Shown: piece after piece, positions 61,826 through 64,000 of the stretch | How positions within the stretch are numbered: the stretch's first letter is position 1 | Layout: each line of letters starts with the position of its first letter | Translations under genes and position numbers: made by a program | NCBI GenBank assembly: GCA_963675525.2 | Contig: CAXXSL010000013.1 | Span: 160,001 to 224,000, forward strand | Source: Anaerohalosphaeraceae bacterium | Lineage (GTDB): Bacteria; Planctomycetota; Phycisphaerae; Sedimentisphaerales; Anaerohalosphaeraceae | Reading direction: 5' to 3' | DNA length: 64,000 nt | Notes under the pieces: model-generated | What the model saw: the letters and a program-made list of their open reading frames with translations, nothing else | Database searches by the model: none | What the model was told of the DNA's origin: nothing

Positions 61826-63325
61826 TTAGTCTGCCTGAAAAATCGACTTCATGTAGCGCGTGTTCGCGCCGAAGTTCCACACGACGTCACGGGGATTGCT
61901 TTGGTCGCGGGACCGTTCGATGACAAGCCAACCACTGTAGCCCATGCTGTCGAGGGTTTCTTTGACTTTTTTCATGTCCAGCCGGGTGTTGTTTTCCAGC
62001 CACACGCCGTCTTCATCGGTACAGTGAATCTGGCAGATGCGGTCTTTGCCGAGGGTCTTCAGTTCGCCGATCAGGTCGCGGCCGTTCTGCAGGGGATTGG
62101 AGAAGTTGAAATATATTTTAATGGCGGGCGAGCCGATTTCTTCGAGCAGTTTAACCTCGCCGGCGGCATCCAGCGCTGTTTCAATGCCGATGACAACCCC
62201 GGCCGCTTCGGCGGCGGCGCCGGCGGCTTTGAGCCGCTGGACGACGGCCGGACGCAGTTCCGGATGCTGGACAAGGTCGTTGCTGACACCCAGCGGCAGA
62301 AAGGCCACCTTGACATTCATGGCTTTCATGGTGTCAATACAGTCCTGCACCATGCGCCCTGCGGTCGGGCGTTCGGCAAAGGACTGGGCGTAGAACCCGG
62401 ACATGGCAACCGAGCATATTTCGAGATTAAACTTTTTGGCTTCATCCAGAAATTTCTGACGTTCAGCGGGATCACCGAGTTTACTGTCAAAGGTTTCGCG
62501 CTGGCCCAGGCTTCCCATATCCAATTCCACACCGTCGGCGCCGATTTGACTCGTCCGTTCGAACGCCCCGAGTTTCTGACGCTTGAGGATCATCCAGTCG
62601 CAGACGGCGATTTTATAGCGTTGTCCGGCCTGAACATCACTCTTGTCTGTGTTTTTGGACGAGCCGCTTCTGATTCTGGCTTCGCGTTCTTTGGACGCCT
62701 TTTTCAGATCATACCCTTGCGCGGACAGATAATTGTTGATCCGGCCCTTGTATTTGCCGAACACGCCGTGTTTTGCCTTGGAGGAACCGGCATCCATGGC
62801 GATTTCGCGTGCCTCCACCAAATGCCCCATGATCGTTTTCTTCTGCTCGTCCGTTAAATCGCCGATCATATCCAGGTAGCCGTTATAGGTGACCTGAACC
62901 ACGCCGTAGGTCATGCCGTCCTTGACCTGATCGATCTGCTCAGCGGAAAGCAGCGCCGAGAGCTTGACAAGGTATTGAACATGCAGCTTATCCAACAGTG
63001 ACTGGGTATACTCCTGTAATATTTGTATCGCGGCATCAGCAACCTCTTTGTTATCGCTGAACTGAGTCTTGATGTCCTGAATCCGGTCATCGCGTGCATC
63101 GTGCAGCATGCTCAGGCTGCGGTACTGGCCTGCAATGATGTTGCGCACCTGCAGGGCTTTGTCGCCGTCGGCGATGTTGAGGGTGTCGACGATTTTCCCA
63201 GCCCGCCCGTTGATGACCTCGGTATAGGCCGGGTCCGGGTCCTGCACAACCGAGTCAGCCCAAACCGGCACCGATAAAAAAATAAACGCAAATAGCATGC
63301 TTAAAATATATTTTTGCTTTACCAT
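61826..63325 (-). CDS. Secreted DUF3826-like domain fused to a sugar phosphate isomerase/epimerase TIM barrel
   Basis: Signal peptide; VKDGMTYG...KYKGRINNYLS; DWMILKRQKLGA, GIET, QIHCTD, VIERSR. Confidence 0.8.
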   Translation of the reverse strand: MVKQKYILSMLFAFIFLSVPVWADSVVQDPDPAYTEVINGRAGKIVDTLNIADGDKALQVRNIIAGQYRSLSMLHDARDDRIQDIKTQFSDNKEVADAAIQILQEYTQSLLDKLHVQYLVKLSALLSAEQIDQVKDGMTYGVVQVTYNGYLDMIGDLTDEQKKTIMGHLVEAREIAMDAGSSKAKHGVFGKYKGRINNYLSAQGYDLKKASKEREARIRSGSSKNTDKSDVQAGQRYKIAVCDWMILKRQKLGAFERTSQIGADGVELDMGSLGQRETFDSKLGDPAERQKFLDEAKKFNLEICSVAMSGFYAQSFAERPTAGRMVQDCIDTMKAMNVKVAFLPLGVSNDLVQHPELRPAVVQRLKAAGAAAEAAGVVIGIETALDAAGEVKLLEEIGSPAIKIYFNFSNPLQNGRDLIGELKTLGKDRICQIHCTDEDGVWLENNTRLDMKKVKETLDSMGYSGWLVIERSRDQSNPRDVVWNFGANTRYMKSIFQAD

Positions 63326-63474
63326 GATAGTTCTCCAATAGTGTTTGTGACGATCAGACGATTCTTAGGACGGCGCCCGGTCCAGGCTGCTGTGCGGCCG
63401 AGAGTGATTATAATCCATCGCCTCCCGATCCGCAACATATCTTAATTCGTTAATAAGGCGAGAATGGGCTCCCC

Positions 63475-64000
63475 CTAATCTGAAAAATACTTCTCTGCAT
63501 ACGGTATAAACACAGGCCAATTCGGGCCGACGGTGTGGCCTCCGGCGTGTTGTCGAAAGGCGATTTCTCCCTCAACGAGTGCTGTCTCCTGTTGAGGGAA
63601 CTCTGCAGTACCTAAACCTTTTTTACCTAACAGTTCATAGACCGGACCGGCGTGAACCCCTGCTAAAAACATCCCCTTTGCATCGATCCATTGCCCTTCG
63701 ACCTCCGGCGAGCCGACACTGATAAACACCGGCCGCGGCGCACACAAAGCAATCAGTTCGTGCGCATCAACCGGCAGATCCAGCGGTGTCAAGGGGCCTG
63801 CATATTTGATAAAGTTAGGGGCAAACCAGTGATACTCCCCGCTGGAAGCCAGGTTTTCCACCTGTTCCCCGAAAACCCGGCGAAGTATTTTCGCACCGCC
63901 GGCCCCCGATGAACCGATGAATCCGATCGCAAAACGCCGGTCATAGGCGAATGTCACGAGCGCCGCTTTGCCGTAACGCGAGAGACCTTCAATGACCACA
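63475..64000 (-). CDS. CE15 glucuronoyl esterase-like hydrolase (5'-truncated)
   Basis: GLSRYGK nucleophile motif, EQVENL, LPVDAHELIALCAPRP, HAGGH. Confidence 0.85.
   Translation of the reverse strand, partial: VVIEGLSRYGKAALVTFAYDRRFAIGFIGSSGAGGAKILRRVFGEQVENLASSGEYHWFAPNFIKYAGPLTPLDLPVDAHELIALCAPRPVFISVGSPEVEGQWIDAKGMFLAGVHAGPVYELLGKKGLGTAEFPQQETALVEGEIAFRQHAGGHTVGPNWPVFIPYAEKYFSD

Overview
Bacterial chromosome window. The likely source is a Planctomycetota (Phycisphaerae/Sedimentisphaerales-like) genome, inferred from PEP-CTERM proteins, GLUG proteins with repeated dockerin-like 'DF..FA..WL' tails, mcsAB and pectin enzymes. Housekeeping genes (truD, class IV aminotransferase, nif3-like, scpB, mutY, dapB, menA/menG, murD, pyrF, dnaK, mtnA, comM, queA, rlhA-like U32, groESL, pckG, coaD, queD, mcsAB) are interleaved with accessory genes and one IS5-family element. 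The most notable non-genic signal is a Y1/HUH (IS200-like, RAYT-like) transposase gene flanked by inverted multi-hairpin repeats. A non-autonomous derivative about 2.3 kb away keeps only the first 4 and last 7 codons of a related transposase, and further solo repeat copies occur. Several other short repeat families sit at operon junctions, next to inserted AT-rich genes; one inserted gene is followed by a diverged duplicate of the 5' end of a downstream core gene. Other observations: a PEP-CTERM gene apparently re-anchored by a GLUG/dockerin-like module, a shared sigma54 promoter plus palindrome at dnaK and groES, an autoregulated ECF module, and two candidate structured RNAs. Many frameshifts between about 40 and 50 kb look like sequencing or assembly indels. 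No rRNA, tRNA or CRISPR array was recognised.
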